This document shows, piece after piece, positions 12,233 through 25,876 of a DNA stretch of 64,000 nucleotides. The stretch is from Chiloscyllium plagiosum (Eukaryota): the NCBI RefSeq assembly GCF_004010195.1, contig NC_057718.1, positions 22,206,026 through 22,270,025 on the forward strand, written 5' to 3'. The position numbers and the translations under genes were made by a program. The notes under the pieces are model-generated. The model was not told where the DNA came from. It saw nothing but the letters and a program-made list of their open reading frames with translations, and did no database searches. Every line of letters starts with the position of its first letter. Position 1 is the first letter of the stretch.

Positions 12233-12548
12233 GGGGCGGCATGGTGGCTCAGTGGTTAGCATTGCTGCCTCACAGTGACAGGGACCTGGGTTCAATTCCC
12301 GCCTTGGGCAACTGTCTGTGTGGAGTTTGCACGTTCTCTCCATGTCTGTGTGGGTTTCCTCTGGGTGCTCCGGTTTCCTCCCACAGTTCAAAAATGTGCA
12401 GGTTAGGTGACTTGGCCATGCTAAATTGCCCAACATGTTAGGTGGTTAGTCAGGGGTAAATATAGGGAGGTGGGTTTCTCTTCAGAGGGTTGGTGTGGAC
12501 TTGTTGGGCTGAAGGGCCTGTTTCCACACTGTAGGCCATCTAATCTAA
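12233..12548 (+). mobile_element. HE1-type V-SINE, near full length
   Basis: A box tggctcagtgg, B box ggttcaattcc, V-domain core and tail gggcctgtttccacactgtagg..tctaatcta. Confidence 0.92.
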
Positions 12549-14889
12549 AGAGTAGATTCATTGAAAGCAAAAAATGCAACTTTGAAGATTTTCATGGCAT
12601 TGTTAGGAACAAATTTAGTAAAGTCTCCATTATCCAGTACATTAGTGGCTAGGATTCTCATGCAACTGGGAGTCAGAAAGGCATCTCCTGACTACGTGCA
12701 CTGGTTTTCCCACAGTATAATGCTCTAAAATTCAGAAGGGAAAGCCAGAGTTGTAACCTTCTGAATACCTTAACAAGACCAACTGACTGCCTTATTGGGA
12801 TGGAAGTAGGTTTCCTTACTCTGGAGACTGAATGACTGGTCACTTTGCTCTATTTTCTTTTGATCAAAACCTTGCCGACAATATTTATGAGCAGCATTTA
12901 TCCTGGTGTGTGCCAGATAATGGAAAGATTACTGTACTTGGGAATGTAAATTAAACTGCATTAGTGTAGGGAGATCAGCTCAAAAGGAATTGTTCCTTTG
13001 CCCTTCCAAAGAGGGCACCGCATGCTATGTGCACACTTTGCAAGTTAAATAAATGTGTATGGCCTAAATTATGCTTTCAGAGTCTGGAACTTCTTAGTGA
13101 AATCTGTCTTATTAAAATTGAGCTATCTCCAGGTGAAAATAATTCTTGCCATGTTTTACTGGCACCATGGTGAGTAGTTATCAGACATCGTTATGTGTAT
13201 ATATATGATTTTTGTGGGATCAAGGCAGTGAATTTTAAAACATTGTTGTAACTGGGCTTGAAACAGAATTCAAAATTGGAAATCAGGCATCAATGGCTCC
13301 TAAGGACATGTTATTAGAAATTAGACAGAGTAGCACAAGCATTATTGTGCATCAGTGATCTTTTTTAAAACAGATTGGCCATATACAGTTACCCAAGCAG
13401 GGCCTCAGAAAAACATGCAGTTTCAAGGTGGATGGAAATTAGGGCACTCATCTCTATTAACCATTTCAGACCCAAATATAACAAAACCTAGCTTTCCCTC
13501 CTGACTTGATTTTACCACTACCTCTGATTACCCATTTGATAATAAATGATTTATGAATCGCAATGGTAATGTGAAAACCAATGCTTTTGTCAAATCAAAA
13601 TACTGCCACCACATTGTATGTGCCAGTAAGCTGATCCTGCATCTCATCTCGTGGTAGGTTTCCTGCGCAATGCTCTTTCAGGGTAAGGATCTATAGATCC
13701 TGCTTTGCCTAGCATGATAAATGGAAACCATTTACTGGTCTAACTCAAAGACACTTGATAAGTTTACTGCATGTTAGCAACTAGTTACAGGTTACATTGA
13801 TATAATAGCGTCTATAACAATACCTATGAGAAGGGTTCGGATGTTAGCTCTTACTGCTTTATGATCCTGTGCTGTTCTTCCTCTAGATCATATGATGTTG
13901 TGATCTGGTGTGGTGTTTAAAGCACACCTCATTACGAACCTTCTCATGTCCATACACCTCTCTTTAACGGACCCCTGCCATGAATTCAACTGTCTTACTG
14001 CTAATTCCACAATCCTTTGCTTGTTGTTGATCTGAGATTCCAACATCACAATCTATTCATGATGACCTATGTTTTGTTTTTAAGTTCAGTTTTAAAAATT
14101 GGCATTTGTAGGTTTTACTTTTATTGTTAGAAATTGGAACATAAATTAGGTTAAAAAATGTCTGCCTTTGTTGAATATTACTTCTACTGTTTGCAATTGC
14201 AAAGGTGTATCATGGGCATCTGTTTCAATAACTACAGTATCGACCAAAGTCAACATTGCTCCCAGTTGTTCAGATAGCTGAAAACCACTCTCTCTAACCA
14301 GTTTCAAACCACATTGCCCAACATTCAAATAAAAATGTGGGAAGGCTTTTCCATTTTTGGAAATGTGTCTTGTTGAGGCTTGCATTCAACTTGTATCTTT
14401 ATTTGGACAAACAATCATGAATTGAAGTGTGCCAGTGGAATCAGCGTATCTGGTAGTAGCAAGCAGTGACTTAATTGAGGTCTTCTACAGTCCAAGAAAC
14501 TAGTCATTGCATTGGCTGGAAATGATAAATATTTCAGTTTTAACATTCTGAATGTTACAATTATTTAACAAAGGGAGTAATCTCTTTCTGTCCCTGTAGA
14601 GCCATTTTCAAAATATCATTGATTCTTATTTGTTTTAAACTTCTCCAATACATCTCAAACCCAAACTGGATATCTTCCTTGCAGGTGACAGATGAGATAG
14701 TGGGCATATTGTTAGTGTTACCATTATTAGCATGCTGCCTGGGAAACAGGGTCAGGATGCAAGTGGCTAGGAGTACACCTACAGCTGCAATCTGCTCAGC
14801 CCGCACACATACATTATAGATTAGCAGTCTTTGCTTCTCTGATTGTTTCTTGTTTCAAAGACATCTACTACCAGAAAAGTAGCAATGTT

Positions 14890-15360
14890 CAACATAAGAT
14901 ATCGGACTAGCAGTAGGCCATTTGGCCCCTTCATTTGCTGTGCCATTTAATAAGATTAAAAGTGACTTGACAGTGAGCTAAGCTCTTCCTCCCTGCCTGA
15001 CCCCTGAATTGCAGGTCAAAGATCTGTTTTGTTTTGCTTGATTATGTTTCATCACCCAGACTCCAACGTTGTTTGGAATAGATAATTCCAGACACTGACA
15101 GCTCTCTGAGAAAAGCAATTCCTTCTCTCTCCAAATTGAATGGGAAATGTCATATTTTGAAACCATTCCCCTCTAGTGCCAGATTTCCTGTCTGGAGGAA
15201 ACATTTTAGCACCATCTACCTGGTCAAGCCACCTCAAAATCTTAACTGTTTCGATAAGATCATCCTCCAGTCTTTTTAACACCAATGAGCATAGGCCCAA
15301 CTTGATCAATCTGTCCTCTGAATATGACCCATTCATCCCAGGAATCTACCTCTAGTGAAT
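14890..15360 (-). mobile_element. CR1 LINE 3' fragment
   Basis: ORF 15052-15336 reads SYSEDRLIKLGLCSL..RLEDDLIETVKIL, the CR1 ORF2 C-terminus. Confidence 0.85.
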
Positions 15361-17004
15361 GCATTTAAATCTATGTATGTACATTATATATCTGCGTCAT
15401 TGTTAATAATGGTGTGATTTTGTTTTGGTTGCAACACCGAGCAAAATAGTGTAGTAAATCAGATGGTGTTAAAAATACAAGGAATCCAATTTATTTTTTC
15501 TGCAATCCTTTCCCACACTATTATATTCACTCGTTCTTTTGTATGTTCAGTCAAGGACCATTATTTTCACTCACGTCCACTGTTCAAATTGGTCCTTCAT
15601 GGGTTTTCACTTGTGAAATAGCACTTCACTGCTTGAAGGGCTGACAGTTTCCATAGATGTTGAATGTTTGGAGCAAAATCTATATTGATGTGATTAACAC
15701 AGCAAAGCAATTTTGAATTGTAGAAAGTTCCAGCACATAAATAGGCATTCAGTTCATCAAGTATGCCCTGGTGTCTTTCTCCAGAAAACTTACCAGGGGA
15801 AGCAAGTTTCCAACTTGTATCCAGAAACATGCCCAAGGGAACTGTGAACCTGTCCAAGGATGGAGTGAGGAAATGCAACCCATTTTCAATTGTGAAGGTT
15901 GAACAATGGAAATGAAAAATAATGTAACTTAATCTTTATAGAAAAGGGTTTGCTTGATTGCAGATATTGGACTTCCCAGTGCCAGAATTAAACTTAGAAG
16001 TTACCAGGCAGATGCAGTCGACATGGGATGAAGTAAAAGTAGCATAAGCTAGTCACAATAGAAATGATGTCATATTGCTTGTCATCAGTGCAGCATGAGG
16101 TCAAATTGCTGATGTGACTCCTGAGATATATGACCTTTATTGCATGAGCGCACATCTGAAATCAATTTACATTGATACCCAAAGCAGGAGTACAACTTTT
16201 TTTTAATCGTGTTAGTGAAATTTGACAGCTCATGTCTTGTTTGAAGGCATAAGTTGGTCCTCAGTGTGCCTGTTTTATCCATGTTAAATGGACATACTAT
16301 AGTTTACTTTCCAGAAACAAGTTCCTGTGGTGTTCAGATGTACGAAAGACATCTTGTCCAAGAATGGGTTCGGCCTTCTTTCAGGCTTTGGGGCAACTGC
16401 ATGTATCAGGAAGGTAGTCTTTTGTACAGCTTTGGGGTATTAACAACATTTATTTTTATTCTTTCTGGGAAATTAGGTTGCCCTATGATTAGGATTACTC
16501 TGTTAGGTCTTGCTGGTGAATCTGTGGCCCCAAGAAAATAGGGAAATAATTTTTTTACTAATTGATTGTAGAGTCAGGAGTGGCCAGACTGTTTCTGTCT
16601 GCTCCACATCTCCACAGCTCTTCTGTGTGCCACTGCCTGCCAGATTGGCTCTCTCTACTGCACCATTTCATTGCCTCTCTTGGGATGTACCTGTGATAAG
16701 TAGGCACAAAATTGAACCATTGGCAATGTATGATAGCCTCAAGAGGTGCACTGGACTCTCAAGGCTTTGGGCTGTTTGAGAGATTCCTGGCTGCTTCTTT
16801 AAGTGGGGAAGAGTCAGATGTTAATTAATTGAATCTGGATTTCATTAAGAACTTATTTGAACATACTTGCTTTCATCGTCATTCCATTTCTAATTGATGT
16901 CTAAACTAGCATCAGTGGCTGCAGTCATTGCTATAAAATGCTCTGAACCTCCTCCTAGATACCCTGTATTGGGTGCTCTCCTTCTGGGAATGTAGGACCA
17001 GTCT

Positions 17005-18843
17005 GAAATGAGGAATTAAGAGGGCTAAAAGAGGTCATGAGATATCCTTAGCGAGCAAAGTTAAAGAAAACCCCAAAGCCTTTTAATCCTATATAAGGAG
17101 CAAGAGGATAACGAGGGCAAGAGTTAGCCCACTCAAGGATAAAGGAGGAAAAACATGTGTGGAGTCAGAGAAAATGGGTGAAATTCTTAATGAGTACCTT
17201 GCATTGGTATTCACCGAGGAGAGGGACATGGCAGATGTTGACTTAGGGATAGATCTTTGATTACTCTAGGTCAAGTTGGCATAAGGAGGGAGGAAGCATT
17301 GGGTATTCTAAAAGGCATTAAGGTGGACAAGTCCCCAGAACTAGGTGGGATCTATCCCAGGTTACTAACGGATGCGAGAGAGGAAATAGTTGGAGCTTTA
17401 ACAGATATCTTTGCAGCATCCTTGAAAACGGGGGAGGTCCGAGAGGACTGGAGAATTGCTAATGTTGTCCTCTTGTTTAAGAAGGGGATAATCTGGTAAT
17501 TATGGACCTATGAGCCTGATGTCAGTGGTAGGGAAACTACTAGAGAAACTACTAGCCTAAGAGATAGGCTATATACCCATTTAGAAGAAAATTGGCTTAT
17601 CAGTGATAGGCAGCTTGGCTTTGTGCAGGGAAGGTCATGTCTTACAAACCTAATAGAATTTTTTGAAGAGATGACAAAGTTGATTGATGAGGGAAGGGAT
17701 ATAGAAGTCATATTAATGGACTTTAGTAAGCTGTTTAATCAGGTTCCCCATGATAGGCAGATGAAGGTGAAGTCACATGGGGTCCAGGGTGTTCTAGCTG
17801 GGTGGATAGAGAACTTGTTGTGGCACAAGAGACATAGAGCAGTAGTGGAAGGGAGCTTCTCAAAATGGAGACCTGTGACCAGTGGTGTCCCACAGGGGTC
17901 GGTGCTGGCACCACTGTTGTTTGTGATCTACATAAATGATTTGGAGGAAGGTGTAGGTTGCCTCATTAGCCAATTTGTAGATGACACTAAGGTTGGTGGA
18001 ATAGCAGGTAGTGAAGGGGACTGTCGGAGAATACAGCAGAATTGGAGAGTTGGGCAGAGAATTGGCAGATGGAGTTCAATCCGGACAAATGTAAGGTAAT
18101 GCATTTTGGAAGCTCCAATTCAAGAGCAAACTGTACAGTAAATGGAAAAGTCTTGGGGAAAATTGATGTACAGAGAGATCTGGGTGTTCAGGTCCATTGT
18201 TCCCTGATGATGGCAACGCATGTCAGTAGAGTGGTCAAGAAGGCATACAGCATGCTTTTGTTCATCGGACGGGGTATTGAGTACAAGAATTAGTGTTACA
18301 ATTGTATAAGATGTTGGTTCGGCCACATTACCAAAAGGATGTAAATGTTTTGGAAAGGGTACACAGGAGGTTCACCAGGATATTGCCTGGTATGGAGGGT
18401 GCTAGCTATGAGGTGAGATTGAGTGAATTAGGATTATTCTCATTGGAAAGAAGGCGGTTGAGGGGGAACCTGATTGAGGCTTACAAAATAATGAGGCAGG
18501 GTGGTTAGCAAGAAACTTTTTCCCAGAGTGGAGGACTTAATTATTGGGGGTCACGAGCTCATAGTGAGAGGGGAAAAGTTTAGGGGAGATATACGTGGAA
18601 AGTTCTTTACGCAGAGGTTGGTGGGTGCCTGGAATGCCTTGCCAGTGGAGGTGGTAGGGACGGGAATGATAACGTCATTTAAGATGTGTCTATACAGATA
18701 CATGAATGGGCAGGGAGCAAAGGGATACAGATCCTTAGAAAATAGGCGACAGGTTTAGGAAGAGGATATGGATCAGCACAGGCTTGGAGAGCCGAAGGGC
18801 CTGTTCCTGTGCTGTAATTTTCTTTGTTCTTTGATCTTTGTTC
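17005..18843 (+). mobile_element. CR1 LINE, 5'-truncated, second subfamily with (tctttgt)n tail
   Basis: ORFs 17257-18758 contain [34 protein letters not shown] and [10 protein letters not shown]. Tail reads tttctttgttctttgatctttgttct. Confidence 0.95.
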
Positions 18844-19204
18844 TCTTTCCAGTTGGATTCTGGTGTCTATCATATTTTTATATATCATATTGTATGGCTG
18901 TTGGTCTTGCTGGTGGTGGCATGACTTCTGCATTCAGAGGTATGAGATAGAGCTACTTAAGCTGCTCCCATGCCATAGTGAAGGTTGGGACTAGGATCGT
19001 GCAGCTGAAGTAAGAGTGAAGTAGTCAATAGGTGAATGCCTTCCAACAAGCTGACAATCACTTATCAAGCAATGACAGCAGTGTCAGAGGGAAGAAGTCA
19101 AATGCTGGAGCTGCCTGATCAAGCAAACCTTCATGCTGCGCAGTCACCTTTATGACCCTGGTAACCGGTCAGAAATCAGGTCTCCTCAATGTGAAATTCA
19201 GAAA

Positions 19205-19600
19205 TGGTTTGATTTGAGTTGGTTTATTATTGTCACATGTGTCTAGGTACAGTGAAAAGTTCTGTTTTGTGCACAGTACAGGCAGATCATACCGTACAAA
19301 GTGCATTACTGTAATAGAACAAAGTGAGGAATACAATGTTATGGATGCAGAGAAGATGCACATAGAGTGAAGTCAACATTAAATTTTAAATTTGAGAGGT
19401 CCATTCAGAAGTCAAATAGCATCAGGGAAGAAGTTGTTCTTTAATTTGTTGGCATGTGTGTTTAAGCTTTTGTATCTTCCACCTGACGGAAGAAGTTGGA
19501 AGAAATTAGAAACAGGGTGGGAAGGGTCTTTGATAATGTTGGCTGTCTTCCTGATGACTATAGATTGAGTCAATGGATGGAAGGTTGGCGTGCATGATGA
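19205..19600 (-). mobile_element. Rex1/Babar-type LINE 3' fragment
   Basis: Reverse complement encodes DPSHP..FQLLPSGGRYKSLNT..NKLKNNFFP, then a 3' UTR ending acatgtgacaataataaacc with a short repeat tail. Confidence 0.8.
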
Positions 19601-19847
19601 AAGTTCAGGTTGGTCTTAATTAGTTTTATAATTGCCTTAATAACTTACCTAGATCACAAGGCTAATCTACAGCACTCACGTACAATTATAACCCATAGAA
19701 ACCTGCAAGAGAGTGGGATCAGGTCAATTTCAGGAGTTTTAACTTCTCACATGCACACAAATTTGCTATTCTATGCTGGGATTTTTTAGTGGGTTCTAGT
19801 CTATATGCAAGAGGTGAAAGTGTTCTTTTTTATTATATTAAATTCAA

Positions 19848-20147
19848 GATCCAGAGCTGGAGGGTTCAGGGTGAGCGAGGAAAGGTATAAAAAGGATCTA
19901 AGGAGAAACTTTTTTGTGTAGAGATTGTTGCATGTATGGAATGAGCTGCCAGAGGAAGTGGTGGAGGTTGGCACAATTACAGCATTTAAAAGACATCTGG
20001 ATGACTATATGAATAGGAAGGGTTTAGAGGGATATGGGCCAAGTGCTGGCAAATGGAACTAGATTAGGCTGAAATATCTTGTTGGCCTGGACGAGTTGGA
20101 CCAAAGGGTCTATTTCTGTGCTATATCACTCTCTGACTATGACTGTA
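19848..20147 (+). mobile_element. CR1 LINE 3' end fragment
   Basis: tggaatgagctgccagaggaagtggtggagg..ttggaccaaagggtct..tgactatgact. Confidence 0.9.
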
Positions 20148-20544
20148 TTTCAGTTCTGCTAATATTTATTAGCCAGTTAAGTGTGAGACTTGCAAATTTT
20201 GACATAATTAGGATGTGCAGTTACCTATTGTCTACATAATCCTCCAAGAGAAATGTTCACAGAATAAAGTTGCTTTAAGTTAAAAAAAATCTATTTTATA
20301 GAAGTGCTTTTTGTATTTTTAACCAGGTGAACTTCTTTGCTGATTAATTTGGCTCATGATCTTCTAAGCATGGTCACGATTCTAAAACCGATTTTATCAA
20401 TAATGGAATTGGATAGAAGTTCTACCATTTTGTGACAACATGCATAGCAGTGGATGGGGTTAATAACCGTAGCTGTGTACAATATAAGAATATGTCCTAT
20501 TCTCAGCTCTCATTGAACATGTGCATGTGGAACTTATGACCTGT

Positions 20545-20855
20545 AACAATGACTGGACTTCTAAATTACTTAATTGACTGTAAAGCATTTTAGGATGTCA
20601 TGAAAGAATCTATGGAATTCATTGCCACAGAAGGCTGTGGAGCCACATTATTGAGTATATTTAAGACTGAGATGGATAGGTTCTTGAGTATCAAGGGGAT
20701 CACTGGTTACAGGGAAAATGTGAGAGAATGGGTTTGAGAAATAGATCAGTCATGATGGGGTGGTGGAGCAGACTTGATGGACTGAATGGCCTAATTTCTG
20801 CTCCTATGTCTTATGGGCTTATGTAAAGTTGCTATGTCAATGCAAGTTCTTTTTG
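20545..20855 (+). mobile_element. L2-type SINE tail (Deu-SINE-like) split by a CR1 3' fragment at ~20606-20823
   Basis: aattacttaattgactgtaaagcattttaggatgtc [CR1: tggaattcattgccacagaaggctgtgg..ctcctatgtcttatg] taaagttgctatgtcaatgcaagttcttttt. Confidence 0.6.
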
Positions 20856-21354
20856 CACAAATAACCTTTTATCGAACTGCACTTCAGCAATTAATTGGTC
20901 GCTACAGGAGGAAGAGGAGAATGTTCTTTCAAACAATTATCCTTGAATCATAACAATAAGGAAACCAAGTGTTTACACAGATCTGTGACTTAAAAGGTTA
21001 TATAGGTTTTAAGAGGTAGTAAGTGCCAGAATCTTCTGAAAATCAATGTTAATATTATTTCCCCTAATAGATTTTTGTTGAGTAAATTGATGAAAGTGGG
21101 AGAGTATCTTTCTGCTGGTCTCTTGCTTTACCATGCATTCGAACTGCATGGAAATGCATTTGAGCTGCGCTTGGAGCATCGATAAATATAAGGGATTACA
21201 GATTGCAATGTTCCATCATGACTATTTCCTATAATAAATTCCAAGATAAAATGTGAAAACTTTGCTGATGGCCAAGAAAATAAATTTTACTTGCTCTATC
21301 TTCATAAGTACGTTCTTCATAAAAATGGTAATTCTAAAATTCAGATCAATATCT

Positions 21355-21610
21355 TATGGTGGCTCAGTGGTTAGCACTGCTGCCTCATAGTGCCAGTGAC
21401 CCAGGTTCGATTCCACCCTGTCTGTGTGAAATCTGTGTGGGTTTCTTCCTACACTCCAAAGATGTGCAGGGTTGGGTGAATTGGCCATGCTAAATTGCCC
21501 ATAGTGTTAGGTGCATTAGTCGGAGAGGAATGGGTCTGCGTGGGTTACTCTTTGAAGAGTCGGTGTGGACTTGTTGGCCTGTTTCTACACTGTAGGGAAT
21601 ATAATCTTAT
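21355..21610 (+). mobile_element. HE1-type V-SINE with internal deletions
   Basis: tggtggctcagtggttagcactgctgcctca..ggttcgattcc..acactgtagggaat. Confidence 0.9.
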
Positions 21611-22204
21611 ATGCACTGAATTTGAAGGCTTCCCTAGTCAAGAGAAGCAAAGCAAATTACATGCTTGAGTTTGATTTTTGTAGCTTGTGTTTCCTGGAAG
21701 CATGGGCTATCAGAAAACCCTCCTCTTAGAGTCTGCCGTAGGTCTGTTGAAAGAATTTTGAAGTTTGATGATCAAAATTGTGGCCATGTTAAGATTGCAC
21801 CTTCTATGGTCATCAAGTCCTGAATTGGAGTTTCAAGTTTAGAGGCAGCCTTTGTGTCAAAAGGTTGCCTCCATACATGTACCAGCTCCGTAAATTAGGA
21901 ATAATTCTTTATTTTACAGCTTGTTTCTTGTTGAATCTCAAGATAGTTGATTAGAGAGTGACTTACTTAAGTTTCAAAACACCATCTCACAGTTATGAAA
22001 CAACTGTTGGAAACTAAAAGGTTTGGAGGTTAATAGAAACAATGTGCCTTTAATTTAGTGCATGAAAAAGGATTATTTTGTTTTAAATTTAAATTAGCAT
22101 ATGCATTCAATTGAGATTATTCATCTTTTATACAATTTATTGTTAAAAATTTTAAGTACTTAATATATGTGGATAGACTCTAATTACTATTTGTGTGTGT
22201 ATTA

Positions 22205-22445
22205 TACTTTAACATGTTAAAATTATACAAGCACTTTCAAAAATCCTCATGTGAAGGCATTGGGTCAGATGACCAAAGACCTAGCCAAACAAGTGTGTTT
22301 TATGAGCTATCTTAAAGCTCGAGAAATTTTAGAGGAGAATTTTAGAGATTAGGGCCTAGACAGCTGAAGGTACGATTGCCATGGATGGATAATGGAAATT
22401 GGAGATCAGAGTTGGAAGAATGCAGAACTTTTGGAGGATTGTAAA
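22205..22445 (-). mobile_element. L2 LINE 3' remnant
   Basis: gggtcagatgaccaaag..agggcctagacagctgaagg matches the 3' part of the L2 copy at 61635-61900. Confidence 0.6.
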
Positions 22446-23411
22446 AAACATTATTGCTGGGATGAATACATCCAAAGTGATAAGTGTACTGCAGTATGTG
22501 ACTTGCTCTGTATCCTTCTAGATTTAATTATCTCATGTGGCATCCCCGCTGAAATTGGGCAATGATCTTCATCATCTCCTGTCCAGTTGTTTACATATTC
22601 TGTGTGCTGTCATTAACCTCGATTGAAGGCTTTGTCTGGGTATGAACACCTGAAATGGTTGAGACATGAGGACGTGCTTTGTTAGGTATAGAGGATAAAA
22701 GACTAGAAATTGGAATTTGTTCCCATTGATGACTCTGAGTTTATACTGCCAGCAGCTCAACAGGTGGCTGATGCAGGACAAAGGATTCAGTGTTCCATCT
22801 TGGATTTATGATTGAGCAAGGGAAGGCATTGAGTTTATTATGGGGCTTCTTCTTTACAAGCAACATTGTACTTCATTTCGTTTTGGCCATCAAGAATAAC
22901 CAGAGGGCTATTATCTCAGTAGAAGCCAGCGTATGTGGGAAAAGAAGGAAGGATCTGGAGCCGGAAAGAGCTAATTTAATGTCAATTATCTTAACATTTT
23001 GTAAATTTAATTGATTCGTAGCAGTTTGGGAAACATATGATAAACTGTTAATAAACAAACCTACTTTATTTTTGCAGTAGAATCCATAATTGATTAAAAT
23101 ATACAATAATGAAAATCTACTGAGTTATTGAAGGGATATGCTGAGAAGGAGAGATTGCATCTGCAAACATTGTGTGTAATAAACAGAGTAATATAGTACA
23201 GTCATATTTATTGCTATAGAAGTGCCATGACCTAGTAATCTGAAAGATGTTAAGTACATCATTGTCTTGAATCTTTCAAAACGCTATATGAATTTTCCGA
23301 AACATTTTCTGAAACTCATACCTGCAGGCCTGTCAAAGGAAGTAGGGTAGCTATCCTCAACAAATCGGATTATATTGACAACATTAATGCTGTTCCTAAT
23401 TCAAATTCATA

Positions 23412-23630
23412 CAGGTCTTTCTGTTATAACATGCATTTTGTTACCACACAGTTGCTATAACGCGATTGATGAATTTGGGACATTGTTACTGAAGCACGGA
23501 CTTCTAAAACGTGTATTGACTGTGATGCGAATACATCACTAATATTTTAAGCATTGTTTCTAAAACGCAATTTTTCTATATCATGGGGTTGCATTAGAAT
23601 GCAACCATCATGTTATAGAAGAACTACTTA
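23412..23630. mobile_element. Tigger/pogo-type MITE (same family as 8264-8462)
   Basis: ta|caggtctttctgttataac ... gttatagaagaactactta|ta. The internal gctataacgcgattga and caaccatc segments are shared with the 8264 copy. Confidence 0.78.
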
Positions 23631-23784
23631 TATCTAATGGATTTGCCACTAATCATGACCTCACAGCCCTCCTAGGAAGAAGTAACAATAATGTTTGTGG
23701 AGATAAAGTGAGTTAATGTTTTGAGTCCAGTAATCCTTCTTTTGATTTTTTTTATTATAACAGTGTTTGTTAGACTTGTGTAAC

Positions 23785-24500
23785 AGTACTGAGCTGCCAG
23801 GTGGTGTGTATGATAGGATGCATCCACATGATTCACTGTTTCCACCGAGATACGGGCAACATAAAAGCGAAATTGCTTCATGCTGGATCTTTTGTATTGT
23901 CTATTACTGCACAACATGAATTGACCAAACAGTGGAGTGAGTTGATACAACCAGTTCTGAGTCAATAATCTTTTCCTTTACTTTTGCAAAAACTACACAG
24001 GATTTCAATACATAGGATCACAGCATACCGATAACAAAGCTATGTCCATGTGCTCATTTGACGCTGCTAGCCCACTCACTGATCTGCTGCTTGAGGAAGC
24101 CATAAACATTTGTGCCTCATTGCTAAGTGATCCATTTCCTCTACCTGATTTTTTTCAACATAGGAACAAAGCAACTCGCACAGTTGAGCTCAGCTTTAAG
24201 GACACCGTTATAAACAGATGACGTTGCCATTGAATCTCCAAGGCCAGCTGAAGTTAGCATATTTGTTGTTTTCCATGAGAACCATGATTTCAGTGTAATT
24301 ACCTACTGGGCCTTGCAAATTTCTAATATATATTTGCTATATTTGAATCTGCAGATGCATTTAAGAATTTCTTTATGCATATATCTCATGCTCAAATTCA
24401 CCTTTGAAATACAGCAGTCTAATGAACTTTCTTTCCTCAACGTGAGTTGGGAAATCTGCTGTTGAGTTATCCCCTACTGTCCACCACAAACATCTTCCAC
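23785..24500 (+). mobile_element. Decayed Penelope-like reverse transcriptase fragment
   Basis: Translates to MCSFDAASPLTDLLLEEAINICA, ATRTVELSFKD..YKQ-DVAIESP, SIFVVFHE and KFTFEIQQSNELSFLNV. These correspond to the PLE RT motifs SFDxxSLFTNVP, GVAMGSP and KFTxE..LPFLD. Confidence 0.8.
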
Positions 24501-24695
24501 AGAAAGCTATGGAGGTAATTGAATGGGTTCAGGCTGTTTTAGACAGATGTTTGATCTGTGGGAGACTCAGGCATTATGAAGGATGGCTAGGAAAATGAAG
24601 TTGAGATCACAATCAGATCAGCCATGATCTTACTGAATGACAAAGTAGACTTGATCACCTTGTTGATCTGATCCTGCTCCAATTTCTTTTGCTCT
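24498..24695 (+). mobile_element. Old CR1 3' UTR remnant
   Basis: cagaaagctatggagg..gttgagatcacaatcagatcagccatgatcttactgaatg..tcctgctcc. Confidence 0.65.
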
Positions 24696-25575
24696 TGCTA
24701 GTTAAGAGATGCTATTGCATACTTGTCACCTCATTATTGCAGCTTGAATAGTTATGTTTGTAACATGGATAAACTCTCTGTCTCTTTCCGTAGAAGAAGT
24801 CCTAGAATTCTATAGCAATGTAGTAAGGCTGAGTTCAGTATCCCAGGTTTCTGTCATTTCTCCTCTGTTTTTCCTCAGGAACTGTGTTTTCTGACTGCAA
24901 AGCAGACTAAAATCAGCCCTTTCATTTTCACCAGATAATGTCAACTTTAATCTGCGTTTTTTTTTGTGGTAGTGTGCACCAAAACAGAATATCTGGTTAT
25001 GCACCCTAGTCAGATAAAAGTTTATCCATACTAAAAAAAATGCTAAGTTGCTCTCTTGTCAAAAACTTATGGAACTTGAATAGAAAATATATGACGGTTA
25101 ATTCTGTGCTAAAGAAAACAGTTAATTATTCCTATTGGATACATTGGCAAGCAGTTGACATGCTGGAATTATAATTACAATAATACTTATCCAATCCACT
25201 TAATACAACATGGAACATTTCCATTTTTTCTGAAGATTCTTAGCTGAATCTTGAAACCTCAGTGTCCACAATGGTAGTCAGTTTCTCTGGAGTGCAACTG
25301 TTAATTAAGCTGAGCATTGACTAAAATCTGAAAACTAATCAACTCATTTTCTGAAATATGCCTTTAAGAATTAAATCTGCAATGCGGAATGAAACACAAA
25401 ATTACAATTTGTGAAACATTTAATTAAAATGGTATTACTATGGATTCTCCTGCTGTTTTATAAGTTGCTGTCTTGGCCCAGAAACAAAGAATGCCATAAA
25501 TGTGTTCAGTAGGATTTCTGAAGCTTCCTTTTTATGATGTAAGTGTGCTTTCTGCTTCCCTTTCTCTAAACTGAT

Positions 25576-25876
25576 GGTGGGATAGTGGCTCAGTGGTTAG
25601 CACTGCTGCCTCACAATGCCAGGGACTCAGTCTCGATTCTAGCCATGGACAACTGTTTGTGTGGAGCTTGCACATTCTCCCCATGTCAGTTTCCTCCCAC
25701 AATTCAATGATGCACAGGTTAGATGGATTGGCCATGCTAAAATTGCCCATAGAGTCCAGGGATGTGCAGGCTAGACAGGTAAGCCATGGGAAATACAGGG
25801 GGAGGGATGCTGGTCAGAAGGTTGGTGTGGACTTGATGGGCTGAATGGCCTGTTTCACAGGAGTTTTATGATTCTA
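25576..25876 (+). mobile_element. HE1-type V-SINE
   Basis: gtggctcagtggttagcactgctgcctcac head and ggccatgctaaattgccc core. Confidence 0.88.

Noticed and set aside
14560..14820. Possible exon after cttccttgcag (~14684) and ORFs 14561-14806 / 14619-14819
   Set aside because: An acceptor-like site is present, but there is no recognisable protein similarity and no convincing donor. It cannot be supported without RNA data.
16085..16140. Nuclear-receptor response element (aggtca ... tgacct)
   Set aside because: The half-sites are about 28 bp apart, which is not a standard spacing, and such hexamers are expected by chance.
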